In this document: piece after piece, positions 32,118-42,834 of the stretch
Layout: the number at the start of each line of letters is the position of its first letter
Position numbering within the stretch: the stretch's first letter is position 1
From: a virus
Strand: one strand, 5' to 3'
IMG/VR virus record: IMGVR_UViG_3300037424_000434
Span: 65,741 to 129,740 of that record
Length of the DNA: 64,000 nt
Notes under the pieces: model-generated
The model's database searches: none
What the model saw: only the letters and a program-made list of their open reading frames with translations
What the model was told of the DNA's origin: nothing
Made by a program: the position numbers and the translations under genes

Positions 32118-32635
32118 TTACGACAAAAGATTCAAAGGGATTAACTGGAAGTCGGGGCATATTTATAAGTTCCGCTACTCTTGAGTCTGCTTGGGCGCAT
32201 GACCCTGAGCCTGTTATTATATTAATGTACTCTTTTAGTGGAACTCACCCAAAGACAATGCATGAATGGCATTTTTTTCAGGGCATCAATTTCACATACA
32301 TACCTAGGAAAGATAGGGCACAATTTGCTCAAAGATGGATGCAGGTGTGGCAAAAATCAAACGGCAACATACAGTTTACTTGGGGAACAGTTCTACAGGA
32401 ATATCCATATCTCAAACACGCTGTAAGACGCTATTTTTACAAACCAAATTATTATATATCAAACCCTATAGAAGTTCCCATGGAGGACATGGATAAAGTT
32501 GTGGTAAGCACATGGTCCAAGGACTTCAGTAAGAAACTGAGAACCAGTCTGGTCCAAAAGTTCAAAAAAGCCAAACAGGGCATAGACCGAATGAGAGATT
32601 CTATTTCCCCTAGAGGAAAGAAGATGAAAAAATAA
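32101..32635 (+). CDS. gp2: DNA end protector, T4 gp2-like, interrupted at 32179-32188
   Basis: MALSVNYDKRFKGINWKSGHIYKFRYS then TGA; continues in +1 frame AWAHDPEPVIILMY..FQGINFTYIP..R...HAVRRY; position next to gp4. Confidence 0.65.
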
Positions 32636-32762
32636 TAATTAACAATACCAAACATAAATGTATATAGAAATCAATATGTTCTTTTTGTATAAAATATAAA
32701 TACATGTAACCTGTTTCGGTATAGTCGAAACGGTTACCAAATACAATACTTAGGGGTTTCGC

Positions 32763-33137
32763 ATGTCGGATAGGAATCAGATAGATTCTGGTCGTGCAGG
32801 TTGGGATGCATGGGGAAACCACGTCTTAACCACACTCGAAAAACTGGAAAAAAAAGTAGACGTACTTGAGGATAAAGTAGGGCTCCATAGAGAACAGACA
32901 CTTGTAGACATAGCTACATTGAAAGCAAAAGCCGGGGTATGGGGGTCTGTTGCGGGGGTCATTGCCTCCTTGATAACGTCTTTGATAGTGGGTTTATTGG
33001 TATATCAACTAACACATAATACTATGGATAAAACAACACCTCAACCACGCATCCCTGTTACAGGAGAAAGCGTGATACTCCCAAAAGATGATCTATTGGG
33101 GGAGTTTCGTCTAAATGTTCATGAGGGGGATGTATGA
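32763..33137 (+). CDS. Holin-like membrane protein (coiled coil + one TM helix)
   Basis: LEKLEKKVDVLEDKV then hydrophobic VWGSVAGVIASLITSLIVGLLVY; TATAAATA at 32695. Confidence 0.5.
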   Translation: MSDRNQIDSGRAGWDAWGNHVLTTLEKLEKKVDVLEDKVGLHREQTLVDIATLKAKAGVWGSVAGVIASLITSLIVGLLVYQLTHNTMDKTTPQPRIPVTGESVILPKDDLLGEFRLNVHEGDV

Positions 33138-34243
33138 AATGGATTGATAATCTGTCAGAGAAATTGGCTTCTCATATCGTAAAACATGGGAGTGATCATG
33201 TCAAAGACATTAAGATGGAAGGTATTTCTCAAGAAATTGACATATTACGAGAGTTGAAAGATGAACTTATCCGAAAAGAATCCGAGCTCGAGTTGTCAAG
33301 AATTGAGTGGGATAAAACGTTCGATTCTATAGTAGATCATATAGTCATAATAGACTCTGACCTGACCATATCAAAGGCAAACAAATCGTTTATCCAGTAC
33401 GTCAAAGAACGCGGGGGACCATGGGAGACTTTACTGGGAACTTCTTGGTCAGAGTTCAAGAAGCACATGGAACTTCCTGATGATATATGCGTTGTGTCTG
33501 ATTGTTTCGATACCGGCCATCCCATAACAAACAAAATAGAAACCAATGGAACCGTATTCTTAGTTACGGCTAATCCCATTTTTGGTGACAGTGTTGATGG
33601 TCTCGTAGGGGTGGTAAGAATATCTCGAAACATCACAAATTCTGAACAACAATCAAAAAAATTAGAACGACGTTCAAGAATATATCATGCTATCTCAGAG
33701 ATGAGCAAAACACTTGTTAATCATGCGAACTGGAACGATGCGGTTAAACAGATTTTGCGTGACCTTGGATTGGCTATAGGCGCTAGTCGCGTTTATATAT
33801 ATAGAAATATTGATAGAGAGACAAGAGTATGTTCTGTTTTACAGCACTGTTTCCATAATGATAAATATCGTGATTGCACAGCAGGGACCATAAACGAGTG
33901 TCTGAATTATGATATGATCCCTGAATGGGAAAAATTAATGACAAAAGGCCAGTCCGTGACCGGCACTTTGGTTGAATGTCATATATGTCCGCTAAAACAC
34001 AATTGCACCTGCACAGATGATGTTGTCGTGGAAGCCGTGCCTATATTTGTTGATGGCAGGTGGTGGGGTTTTATTGGGTTTGATTATATGAATGGAACCC
34101 GTAAATGGAAAGATGATGATGAGACTCTTCTTCGAATAGCGGCTGATGTGCTGGGCGGGGTGATCTACCACCGGGGCAGATATTGGGATACCATAGCAGA
34201 ACTTGAAGGATGTGAAGAACAGCTAGAAGTAATAAAAGAATAA
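33134..34243 (+). CDS. PAS + GAF sensor protein with no output domain
   Basis: EWDKTFDSIVDHIVIIDSDLTISKANK..V.ISRNIT (PAS); GASRVYIY..AVPIFVDGRWWGFIGFD..R.W..D..LLR..A (GAF). Confidence 0.85.
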   Translation: MKWIDNLSEKLASHIVKHGSDHVKDIKMEGISQEIDILRELKDELIRKESELELSRIEWDKTFDSIVDHIVIIDSDLTISKANKSFIQYVKERGGPWETLLGTSWSEFKKHMELPDDICVVSDCFDTGHPITNKIETNGTVFLVTANPIFGDSVDGLVGVVRISRNITNSEQQSKKLERRSRIYHAISEMSKTLVNHANWNDAVKQILRDLGLAIGASRVYIYRNIDRETRVCSVLQHCFHNDKYRDCTAGTINECLNYDMIPEWEKLMTKGQSVTGTLVECHICPLKHNCTCTDDVVVEAVPIFVDGRWWGFIGFDYMNGTRKWKDDDETLLRIAADVLGGVIYHRGRYWDTIAELEGCEEQLEVIKE

Positions 34244-34335
34244 AAAATATTATAAATAACTAAACTTTTATCGTTTACATATTACCATATATGTATTAAG
34301 ATGTAACATAAATTAAACTGTTGGAGGTATATTAT

Positions 34336-34689
34336 ATGAAATTTCAACTCGGAGAAATCCGTAACATGAAAGACCCGCTTATCAAACTATTGGAGAAAGA
34401 GATTCCAATCAAATCTGCATGGAAACTAAACAAACTGGTCAAAGAGTTTGATAAAGAGTTACAAGAAATCGAAGAATTTCGTGTTGGTCTTGTTAAAAAA
34501 CTAGGAGTAGCCGACGAAGAAGGAAACGTACAAGTCCCCGAAGGAGCAATGAAACAGTTTGTCGATGAGTTTAATGAACTGTTGGTGGCAGAGGTGGAGA
34601 TAGGTTATGAACCTATTGAGATTGATAGCATCGGCGATATCCAAGTCAGTGCAAAAGAACTTTTGATATTGGACAGGCTTTTCAAATAA
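34336..34689 (+). CDS. DUF1617-like phage protein
   Basis: L.KL..KEIPIK.AWKL.K..K...EL..IEE.R..LV.K pattern. Confidence 0.5.
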   Translation: MKFQLGEIRNMKDPLIKLLEKEIPIKSAWKLNKLVKEFDKELQEIEEFRVGLVKKLGVADEEGNVQVPEGAMKQFVDEFNELLVAEVEIGYEPIEIDSIGDIQVSAKELLILDRLFK

Positions 34690-34790
34690 ACACATTTTTA
34701 ATTATAACGGAATATAAGGGATACCATCTTGGTGTCCCTTTTTTTATAAATACACTATAGATAATAAAATATTATTTGGAGACATATCAC

Positions 34791-35468
34791 ATGGCTGACA
34801 CCGATTACAAATTTTTTGTGCGAAATACCGACAACACAGGTTGGATAAACGTACTACAAGATACTTATATGGCGGTAGATGACCCTGATAATTACTTTAT
34901 AGGTAACCGTTTAGATGAAATTCTGTACGAATTAAAGGATGCTATTACCGATGTTGGGGGAGGTGGTCCCGGTTATCTAGGAGAAGCTATTCACGTTCTA
35001 GACACAAATGATTCAAGCGCGGCCAACGATGAGACAAGTTCGTTTTCAACTCGGGGTGGGATGTCTATCGCAAAGTCTTTGTTTGTTGGTGTTGATTTGG
35101 TCGTTGACGGCAACTTCTCAATTGTTGGTACTTTTTCTTCCACAGCAGGCAACTTTGCGTCATCGTTGATTTCCGGGGCTGTCGCTTCGGTGTCAAAGGA
35201 TACGGGTGCCCTAATAGTAACACAGGGCGGATTAGGGGTGGAGGGTGATGTTTTTGCTGGAGGTTCTGGAAATTTTGATACATTAAATATCACTAATGGG
35301 ATAGCGCTAAGTGGAGGCATCACTATTTCTTCTGGTGTGGGTTCTCCTGAGGGGGTTGTTAGCTCTCCTATTGGATCTTTTTACACAGACAGTAATGGTG
35401 GGGCTAACACAACCCTTTACATTAAAGAATCTTCTCCCACAGCTTCGACGGGTTGGGTTGCTAAATAA
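34791..35468 (+). CDS. Tail fibre / virion protein
   Basis: GAL.V.GGLGV repeats, GSPEGVV..P.GS.Y......LYIKE....TGW.AK C-terminus; TATAAATA at 34745. Confidence 0.75.
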   Translation: MADTDYKFFVRNTDNTGWINVLQDTYMAVDDPDNYFIGNRLDEILYELKDAITDVGGGGPGYLGEAIHVLDTNDSSAANDETSSFSTRGGMSIAKSLFVGVDLVVDGNFSIVGTFSSTAGNFASSLISGAVASVSKDTGALIVTQGGLGVEGDVFAGGSGNFDTLNITNGIALSGGITISSGVGSPEGVVSSPIGSFYTDSNGGANTTLYIKESSPTASTGWVAK

Positions 35469-35502
35469 ATAAAAGTTATAACGTGTCTTCGGAGAAAGAA
35501 TT

Positions 35503-36933
35503 ATGAAGTATTATGGGATAGATATGCAGGGATCACTTCTTGTAGAAGAAAAGGCCACCTTATCATGGGTAACAGGTGATGATAGAAGACTTGTCAGGAA
35601 TTCAGTGACTGATAGATTGTATATCGGATCATCCTCTTCTTTCAAAGAGTTATTACAAGATATTAATTATGTTACGGGTGGAGGGTTTCCTGCAAACTTC
35701 AAAACAGCATTGGACACAACATACCATCCATTAGAAGATCAAAATGTTAGTACCACAGATACCCCCACCTTTACCGGAATAGCAGGAGTGTCAAGAACTG
35801 GCGTTGTTGGTGATATCCATATAGGGGTGTCTGCGGGTGCGAGTTCCACAAATACATTTGGAAGTAATGTTGTTATTGGGTGGGAAGCAGGTGAATTACA
35901 AAGCGGTAGTAATGGCGGAAATGTCTTTCTTGGGTACAGGGCAGGGAGACTGTGCTCTAATGGAGACAATACTGTTACAACTGGATGCAATGTGGCTATA
36001 GGCAGGCTTGCTGGATACAATCTACATGATAGCACTGGAAACTTTTTTGTTGGATCATATGCTGGATATTCAAGTGCGGGATCTAATAATATTGGCATTG
36101 GATTTAATAATTTAAGTTATAGTTCTTTTAGTGGATCGAATAATATTTCTATTGGCAAAAGTTCAGGAAAAATATTATCAACCGGGTATGACAACGTTAT
36201 AATAGGGGATAATGCAGGCACGTTTATGACCACGGGTTACTCCAATACGTTGGTGGGCCGTTATACTGGTATTAACATAATATCCGGAAGCAAAAATATA
36301 TGCATAGGTTATGGTGCTAAACCATCATCGGCAACATCATCCAACCAATGTATTATAGGTGGAACTGGGGCTGATGTAGTGAATGTGGGGATCGGTGGAA
36401 ACGATAATCCGGCTTTTGCTCTTGATGCCACGGGCGACGTGAATGTGTCCGGTACTTTTAGAATACTTGGGGTTGATGTGATTGGTTCTTTAGGGGTGTC
36501 AATTGTTCCGACAGCGGCTGTCATGGCATTTGCTACAGTGACAGTCCCTTATGGTTGGTTGCCATGTGATGGGGGGACATACTCCAACACTACTAGTGGT
36601 GGTCTATACAATGCTCTGTGGTTAAAAATTGGAACAACATATGGTGGTACTGGGGCAACAAATTTTAAAGTTCCTGATCTCAGAGGATACTTTGTGAGGG
36701 GATCTGACGCAGGCAGAGGAGTTGATACAGGTAGAACTTTTGGGTCAAACCAGACGGATGGATTTAGAGCACATACACATACATATCAAGACATCAGTAC
36801 CGGTCCTGCAGGGGGATATGATGTAACATCAAGTTCTCCTACTCAAGGACTGAAAATACTTGCAACCAGTAGTGCTGGTGGTACAGAAACAAGACCGTAT
36901 AACATTGCATTACAGTATTGTATAAAATATTAA
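35503..36933 (+). CDS. Tail fibre with tail-collar domain
   Basis: G..N..IG..AG beta-roll repeats; P.GWL.CDG, F.VPDLRGYFVRG, ETRP.NIAL.Y.IK. Confidence 0.9.
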   Translation: MKYYGIDMQGSLLVEEKATLSWVTGDDRRLVRNSVTDRLYIGSSSSFKELLQDINYVTGGGFPANFKTALDTTYHPLEDQNVSTTDTPTFTGIAGVSRTGVVGDIHIGVSAGASSTNTFGSNVVIGWEAGELQSGSNGGNVFLGYRAGRLCSNGDNTVTTGCNVAIGRLAGYNLHDSTGNFFVGSYAGYSSAGSNNIGIGFNNLSYSSFSGSNNISIGKSSGKILSTGYDNVIIGDNAGTFMTTGYSNTLVGRYTGINIISGSKNICIGYGAKPSSATSSNQCIIGGTGADVVNVGIGGNDNPAFALDATGDVNVSGTFRILGVDVIGSLGVSIVPTAAVMAFATVTVPYGWLPCDGGTYSNTTSGGLYNALWLKIGTTYGGTGATNFKVPDLRGYFVRGSDAGRGVDTGRTFGSNQTDGFRAHTHTYQDISTGPAGGYDVTSSSPTQGLKILATSSAGGTETRPYNIALQYCIKY

Positions 36934-36999
36934 CAATTTAAACATAAATATATATGTGAACATGTGATCAAAAAATTGTAAAACGTATACGGAGAGAAT

Positions 37000-38577
37000 A
37001 TGGCAAAATGGTATGATAATTTGTTTGGAAATCAACCACATAGGATTGACGAGCAAATAGAAGCTTTTAAAAAAGTAGGAGATAACAAGAATCAATCCAA
37101 AGCAAGACAAGGCGAAGGGTTTGAGGATATTGATTTCATTCTCCATGGTCAATACAATTCTCTTGGGTTTAATAGTTTTTACAACACATATATTAATAAG
37201 TCTTTCGAAAATGAACTACAAAGACTTAAAGCATATCGCGAAATGTCTGCTTATCCAGAAATCGCTGATGTTATTGAAGACGCGGCTATGGAATCCACCC
37301 AAGAAGATATGAATGGCAGGGTGGTAGAACTTCAAATAGTTGATGAGGATCTACTATCAAACAAAAACGTTGTCAGTAATGTACAAAAAGAATTCCGTGA
37401 ATTGTTCTACAGAAAGACAAAGATTAAATGGGAAATATGGAATCTAATGTACAACTATTTCGTTGATGGTAAAGTATATTTCGAACATTTAGTTGACCAA
37501 AATAATCCAAAGGGAGGGTTAATTGGGATAAAAAGGTTACCTTCGGAGACGATGGATTTTGAATATGATCCTATAACAGGTAACATTGTTGCATATTATC
37601 AATATCTGGCACAACGTCCTAGACAGAGACCACCGACAGTAAAAGATGCTAACGAAGATCCCACCATAATAGTATTTTACCCTGAACAGATAAGTCTGGT
37701 TCATTATGGATATCAAGGAGCAACTAAAAGAGAATTTCTAGGTTACCTTGAAAAAGCAAAACAACCATACAACAATTTACGATTATTGGAAACATCTGTT
37801 GTGATTTATAGGTTGATTCGTGCTCCCGAAAGATTCGTGTTTCGTATTGACACGGGGAACATGCCCAAAGATAAAGCCATGAAGTACGTGGAAAAAATTA
37901 AACAAAAGTTTCAAAAAAGGCAAACGTATGACGCGGAAACTGGTCGTTTGACCAATGATCCTGAGGTATTTTCCATACTTGAGAACTTTTTTTTGCCACA
38001 GTCTGCTGATGGTCGTGGGTCTCAGGTCGATAGTGTTGGTGGTAATCCCAGTGGATTTGCCGAGCTTGACGATCTTTACTATTTCCAACGGAAGTTATAC
38101 AAATCACTTAAATATCCGGCATCTCGGGTGTCATCCCTACAAGAACGTGCTGAGTCCGACATTATGTTTAACAGCGGACAGATGGGGGAAATAACTCGTG
38201 ATGAGATTAAATGGGCCAAATTTTTAGAGCGCCAACAAATGCGATTCTGTGATGCCTTTCTGAAAATGTTTCTGACCCACTTAGAGCTGATAGGAATGAA
38301 GAAACAATATGACTTGGATGAGGACAAACTACGTATAATCATGACATCCCCTAACAACTATAGGGACCACATGAAACAGAAATTACTCGAACAAAATTTC
38401 ACCAACTATCAATCATTGTCAAGAGAGGAAGAATTCTCTAAATACTATCTAATGAAGAAATATCTTGGATGGAATGATGATGAAATTGAGGCGAATATTG
38501 CTGGATTCAAGATGGACAAAAAACTTAAACCAGAGGAACCGGAAGGGGATGGTGAGGGTAGTAAGTTCAATTTTTAA
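37000..38577 (+). CDS. gp20: Portal protein, T4 gp20-like
   Basis: YREM..YPEI, L...ETSVVIYR..RAPERFVF.ID.GNMP..KA..Y, E.FFLP...GRG, EITRDE.K..KF. Confidence 0.97.
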   Translation: MAKWYDNLFGNQPHRIDEQIEAFKKVGDNKNQSKARQGEGFEDIDFILHGQYNSLGFNSFYNTYINKSFENELQRLKAYREMSAYPEIADVIEDAAMESTQEDMNGRVVELQIVDEDLLSNKNVVSNVQKEFRELFYRKTKIKWEIWNLMYNYFVDGKVYFEHLVDQNNPKGGLIGIKRLPSETMDFEYDPITGNIVAYYQYLAQRPRQRPPTVKDANEDPTIIVFYPEQISLVHYGYQGATKREFLGYLEKAKQPYNNLRLLETSVVIYRLIRAPERFVFRIDTGNMPKDKAMKYVEKIKQKFQKRQTYDAETGRLTNDPEVFSILENFFLPQSADGRGSQVDSVGGNPSGFAELDDLYYFQRKLYKSLKYPASRVSSLQERAESDIMFNSGQMGEITRDEIKWAKFLERQQMRFCDAFLKMFLTHLELIGMKKQYDLDEDKLRIIMTSPNNYRDHMKQKLLEQNFTNYQSLSREEEFSKYYLMKKYLGWNDDEIEANIAGFKMDKKLKPEEPEGDGEGSKFNF

Positions 38578-38617
38578 TAAAAAATGTGAAAACATAAATA
38601 CTAGGAGGTAAACTGTT

Positions 38618-38824
38618 ATGCCGATTGACAACACAGAAATTAAAAAAGCTTTAGATGACTTTGAGAAAGAGGATTTTCTTGCGGCAAAGGATCGTATTGG
38701 TAAAGAAGTTAAGGGTGCTATAAGCGATTATTTTAAAGACAAACTTGAATTAAAAAATGATTTGGTGCCAAAACCCGATGTGGTGGATACTAAAGTTGCT
38801 GCCGAGGTTGGTGCTGAAGATTAA
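38618..38824 (+). CDS. Small prohead core protein (gp67/gp68 position)
   Basis: Small acidic ORF between portal and protease; CATAAATA at 38593. Confidence 0.55.
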   Translation: MPIDNTEIKKALDDFEKEDFLAAKDRIGKEVKGAISDYFKDKLELKNDLVPKPDVVDTKVAAEVGAED

Positions 38825-38836
38825 TAGGAGAAACAA

Positions 38837-40549
38837 ATGAAAAAAGGTTATCTTATCACAGAATGTTCTCATGATCTAGAAATCAATGAGGATGGAAAAG
38901 ATGGGAAGAGTTTGTATATTACAGGGATCTTTTCCTCTTATGGTCTTCGTAACAATAATGGTCGAGTCTATGAAGAAAAGACCATGAAACGTGAAGTAAA
39001 TAAAATTTTAGAAAAGATCGGAAAATCTTCTTTGTGGGGGGAACTTGGCCATCCACCCTGTGTTTTAGGGGATACCGAAATTTTGACCAATAATGGATGG
39101 AAACAGATACAAGATATTGATGATGACGAAATAGTTGCAACTCTTAACCCCGATACTAGATTAATAGAATATAACCAAATCACAAAAAAGGTTATAAATC
39201 CTTTCAATGGTAAAATGGTTAGATTTAAAAACAGGCAAATTGATATTGCGTTTACACCTGATCATAGACACTTGTTGTTTGATAAGTATGACAAGCCTTA
39301 TTTTGAAACCACGGATAATATCAAAAATTCGGAAACACTTAAAATAAGAAAATCGTATATACCTAAAACGGGTATATGGTTAAGTAGTGAACAAGATGAT
39401 TCCACTATAACATTGAAAGGTCTTGATAGTGTGTCTTCATCTAACTACAATCATTCTGTAGATGTGGTTGTGGATTTGATGACGTATGTAAGGTTTTTTG
39501 GTATATGGTTGGCTGAAGGTAATGTCACAAAAAATAACAGAAACCGTGTCACCATATATCAAAATGAAGGCCCTACTGCCGATATGATTCGGGAAATGTT
39601 AAGCGGATTCCCAGAAGAAATGGAATGGGGAGAAACAAATGATAACGGAAAAATATCTTTTAGTTTATCTGATGGTAGATTGGCACAACATCTAAAACCA
39701 CTGGGTACATGCTACACAAAATATATACCAGAGTCGGTGAAATGTCTTGGTATAGAGTATCTTGAGGAATTGTTGTATTGGTTTGGTCTTGGAGATGGTC
39801 GAGGTTTTTTGAATAACGACACAAAAAAAGACATTTTCTCTGTATCAGAAAAATTGGTTGATGATTTTCATGAGGTCGCATTTAAATGTGGAATGTCTGC
39901 TAGAAAAACGGTTAGTCATTGTACTAACGATTATATTTTTGCAGGGAGAGTTATAGAGTCAATCAATAAATCTCCTTTGTACCATCTAAAAATATATACA
40001 ACAAGTCGTATATATACCGATGATAGATTTATGGGATTTGAAGAGGAGGAATACGAAGGGCTTGTTTATTGTGTACAAGTACCCAATCAAAACTTCTATA
40101 TAAGAAACAATGACAGTGTATCATTTTTTACGGGTAACTGCCCCGAAGTGAATATGGATAAGATTGCCATCAAACTTGAATCCCTTGAGTGGCAGGGAAA
40201 GGATCTATACGGAAAGGCAAAAATTCTTGATACTCCTATGGGTAATATTGCAAAGACTTTGGTTAGAGAGGGTAATATTGGTATATCCTCACGTGGCCTC
40301 GGAACCGTAGCAGAAGATGGAACCGTCAATGAGGATTATAATCTTTTAACATGGGACTTGGTGACAGACCCATCGAATAACCCTAGTTGGGTAAAAGGTA
40401 TATATGAATCAAAGACTTGGGATATGGGTGATCGATTTGGCGAGGCTGTAGTCGAACAAGAAGAAGAGACTATATCAGAGCAATACGCAAAGAATGAATA
40501 TTACAAATATATTCTTGAGAATATCAGGAAAATAGAAAAGAACTTGTAA
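38837..40549 (+). CDS. gp21: Prohead protease, T4 gp21-like, containing an intein
   Basis: N.NGRVY, GELGHP, GKAKILDTPMG, GISSRGLG, DLV.DPS. Confidence 0.95.
   Translation: MKKGYLITECSHDLEINEDGKDGKSLYITGIFSSYGLRNNNGRVYEEKTMKREVNKILEKIGKSSLWGELGHPPCVLGDTEILTNNGWKQIQDIDDDEIVATLNPDTRLIEYNQITKKVINPFNGKMVRFKNRQIDIAFTPDHRHLLFDKYDKPYFETTDNIKNSETLKIRKSYIPKTGIWLSSEQDDSTITLKGLDSVSSSNYNHSVDVVVDLMTYVRFFGIWLAEGNVTKNNRNRVTIYQNEGPTADMIREMLSGFPEEMEWGETNDNGKISFSLSDGRLAQHLKPLGTCYTKYIPESVKCLGIEYLEELLYWFGLGDGRGFLNNDTKKDIFSVSEKLVDDFHEVAFKCGMSARKTVSHCTNDYIFAGRVIESINKSPLYHLKIYTTSRIYTDDRFMGFEEEEYEGLVYCVQVPNQNFYIRNNDSVSFFTGNCPEVNMDKIAIKLESLEWQGKDLYGKAKILDTPMGNIAKTLVREGNIGISSRGLGTVAEDGTVNEDYNLLTWDLVTDPSNNPSWVKGIYESKTWDMGDRFGEAVVEQEEETISEQYAKNEYYKYILENIRKIEKNL
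39059..40138 (+). mobile_element. Cis intein with LAGLIDADG endonuclease in gp21 (360 aa)
   Basis: Starts CVLGDTEILT, block B TPDH, GIWLAEG and LGDG motifs, ends VYCVQVP...TGN followed by Cys. Confidence 0.93.
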
Positions 40550-40678
40550 GAATCGCGATTGCATAACTCCTTGTAAACAAAGAGAAAACGTGAAGTCAAT
40601 TAGAATGACTTCACGTTTTCCTAAATATATGTAGGGATTAAGGCAAAGTTTTACTATTTTATAGGGAGGAATTAATTA

Positions 40679-41464
40679 ATGGGTATTAAACAAATTCTTG
40701 AAATGCTCGGAGTCGAAAAAATTGACGAGTCCAAGCAAACCGAAATCAAAGATACGCTCACAACTATTATTGAAGCAAAAGCACAAGAACTTGCTGCTAG
40801 TAAAGTTGAGGAATCTTTGAACGCGGAAAAAACTAAACTGGTCGAGGAATTTGAGGCTAAATTCGAAGACTATAAAGAAGATGTCACCTCAAAATTTTCT
40901 AATTTTGTTGACGGTATTCTTGAAGAAGAAATGGTTATTCCAGAAAAAATTGTACGATTTGCTCGTTTGGGTGAATTGTATGAAGACCTTATCGAGCAGT
41001 TCAAGGTTCGCCTTGCAATTGATGAAGGTCTGCTTAACAACGAAGTCAAGGAAATGTTGAAAGAAGCAAAAGAAGAAATTCAACACTTGCGTACTCTTTG
41101 TAATGAATCCACTGGAAAAACTCTGGAGCTAGAAAAAGATGCCCGCGAAATGGCCAACCACATATATCTTCGTCAGAAAACTGATGGATTGACCGAATCA
41201 CAAAAGAAATCGGTTCTTGGTATTCTCGAAGGGGCCAGCAAAGAACAGATCGACAAAAAGTTCGACATTGTACTTGAGTCTTTGAATGTCGAAAGTCAAA
41301 AAGAAACAGTTGTTGTCGCGGAAGCGGTTGTAACTGTTCCTGCAAAAGTAGTAGTAACAGAGTCTGTTACTGAGGCATCGACCACAGTGCAGAAACAAAC
41401 CCTTGGTGAAAACAACATCATGGACACATGGAAAAGAATGATTCGCGAGAATCGTATCAGTTAA
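40679..41464 (+). CDS. gp22: Prohead core scaffold, T4 gp22-like
   Basis: Acidic coiled coil between protease and MCP; GLTESQK motif. Confidence 0.85.
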   Translation: MGIKQILEMLGVEKIDESKQTEIKDTLTTIIEAKAQELAASKVEESLNAEKTKLVEEFEAKFEDYKEDVTSKFSNFVDGILEEEMVIPEKIVRFARLGELYEDLIEQFKVRLAIDEGLLNNEVKEMLKEAKEEIQHLRTLCNESTGKTLELEKDAREMANHIYLRQKTDGLTESQKKSVLGILEGASKEQIDKKFDIVLESLNVESQKETVVVAEAVVTVPAKVVVTESVTEASTTVQKQTLGENNIMDTWKRMIRENRIS

Positions 41465-41491
41465 GACATTTAATTCTAGGAGGAATGAATA

Positions 41492-42805
41492 ATGAGTAAA
41501 TACGTTGATCAACTCGTCAAAAAGTGGGACGGAATTCTCGCAGAAGGCGAAAGTATTGGTAATAAAAAGGTAAAAAAAGCTACTGCTATTATGCTTGAAA
41601 ATCAGATGAACTATCTGACCGGTAATGCTGGTGGTAGAGACTCCATGAACGAGACTACCGCTTCCGGTGGTATTATGGGTGGTGGAGATGCATACAGTTC
41701 TGATGTGTTTGGCGCTGGTAATGCAGGAGATTATAAATCTAATGGTGAATTCCACAAGATCGCTATCCCTATGGTTCGTCGTACTTTCCCCGAGCTTATT
41801 GCTCACGACATCGTAGGTGTTCAGCCATTGACTGGGCCTGTTGGTTTGGCGTTCGCGTTGCGTTTCCGTGCTGATCAATCTTATGCTGGTGTGGCTGGAC
41901 AAGAAGTAGGGTACAACACTGTTGATCCTTACTACACAGGCGACGGTACAAAACAGTCAGCCATGGACATGACTCAAGGCGAAGCCCTTGGTTCCCGTGC
42001 ATCTGACACCACTACTAATGGGTATCTAACTCAAGGTGGATCAGTGCAAACTGCTGGTGACCGTGGTATTGGTATCGGGACCGGTAAACAAATCAAAGAA
42101 TTGAGCATGACCGTTGAAAAAGCCCAAGTAGAAGCGGGAACACGTAAGTTGCGTTCACGTTGGAGCATTGAGGTAGCACAAGACCTTAAAGCTATGCATG
42201 GTCTTGACCTCGAAGAGGAAATGATGGACGTTCTTGCATACGAGATTACGGCAGAAATTGACCGTGAACTTATCAACGTTATTCGTAGCGTTGCATCTAC
42301 AAACGCATCGTCTGCTGTGTGGGATTATGCTGTTGCTGATGGCCGTTGGGAAGCTGAGAAGTACCGCAACTTCTACAACTTGATTATCCGTAAGGCTAAT
42401 CGTATCGCAGTTGACACTCGCCGTGGCGCTGGCAACTTTGTTGTTGCTGCTCCTTCCTTGTGTGCTGCATTGGAAACCACTTCTTCTTTCACTATTCAGC
42501 CTGTGAATGCTGACGTGAACACAGCAGTAACCGGTGTTTCCAAAATTGGTTCACTTGATGGTCGCATGGCTATCTATCGTGATACTTTTGCTACCCTTGA
42601 TGATATCGTCATCGGCTACAAAGGCCCCAGTGAATATGACACTGGTATCATCTACCTACCATACATTCAGTTGTTGGTATCCAAAGCTGTATTTGAAGAT
42701 TCTTTTAATCCTACTGTTGGTTTGATGAGCCGCTATGCAATCCATCAACACATCTTCGGAGCCGAGAATTATTACATTCAAGTGGCAGCTCAGAACCTAC
42801 CTTAA
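41492..42805 (+). CDS. gp23: Major capsid protein, T4 gp23-like
   Basis: LENQ, VRR.FP.LIA.DIVGVQP.TGP.GL.FA.R, RKL...WS.E.AQDLKA.HG.D, EI.AEIDRE, RRG.GNF. Confidence 0.98.
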   Translation: MSKYVDQLVKKWDGILAEGESIGNKKVKKATAIMLENQMNYLTGNAGGRDSMNETTASGGIMGGGDAYSSDVFGAGNAGDYKSNGEFHKIAIPMVRRTFPELIAHDIVGVQPLTGPVGLAFALRFRADQSYAGVAGQEVGYNTVDPYYTGDGTKQSAMDMTQGEALGSRASDTTTNGYLTQGGSVQTAGDRGIGIGTGKQIKELSMTVEKAQVEAGTRKLRSRWSIEVAQDLKAMHGLDLEEEMMDVLAYEITAEIDRELINVIRSVASTNASSAVWDYAVADGRWEAEKYRNFYNLIIRKANRIAVDTRRGAGNFVVAAPSLCAALETTSSFTIQPVNADVNTAVTGVSKIGSLDGRMAIYRDTFATLDDIVIGYKGPSEYDTGIIYLPYIQLLVSKAVFEDSFNPTVGLMSRYAIHQHIFGAENYYIQVAAQNLP

Positions 42806-42834
42806 TAGTAATATTAGGTAGTTAGATTGAATTT

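Noticed and set aside
41198..41902. 234-aa antisense ORF over gp22/gp23, and similar antisense ORFs such as 28002..28547 and 21412..21876
   Set aside because: Shadow ORFs of conserved genes with biased codons; no RBS or motifs.
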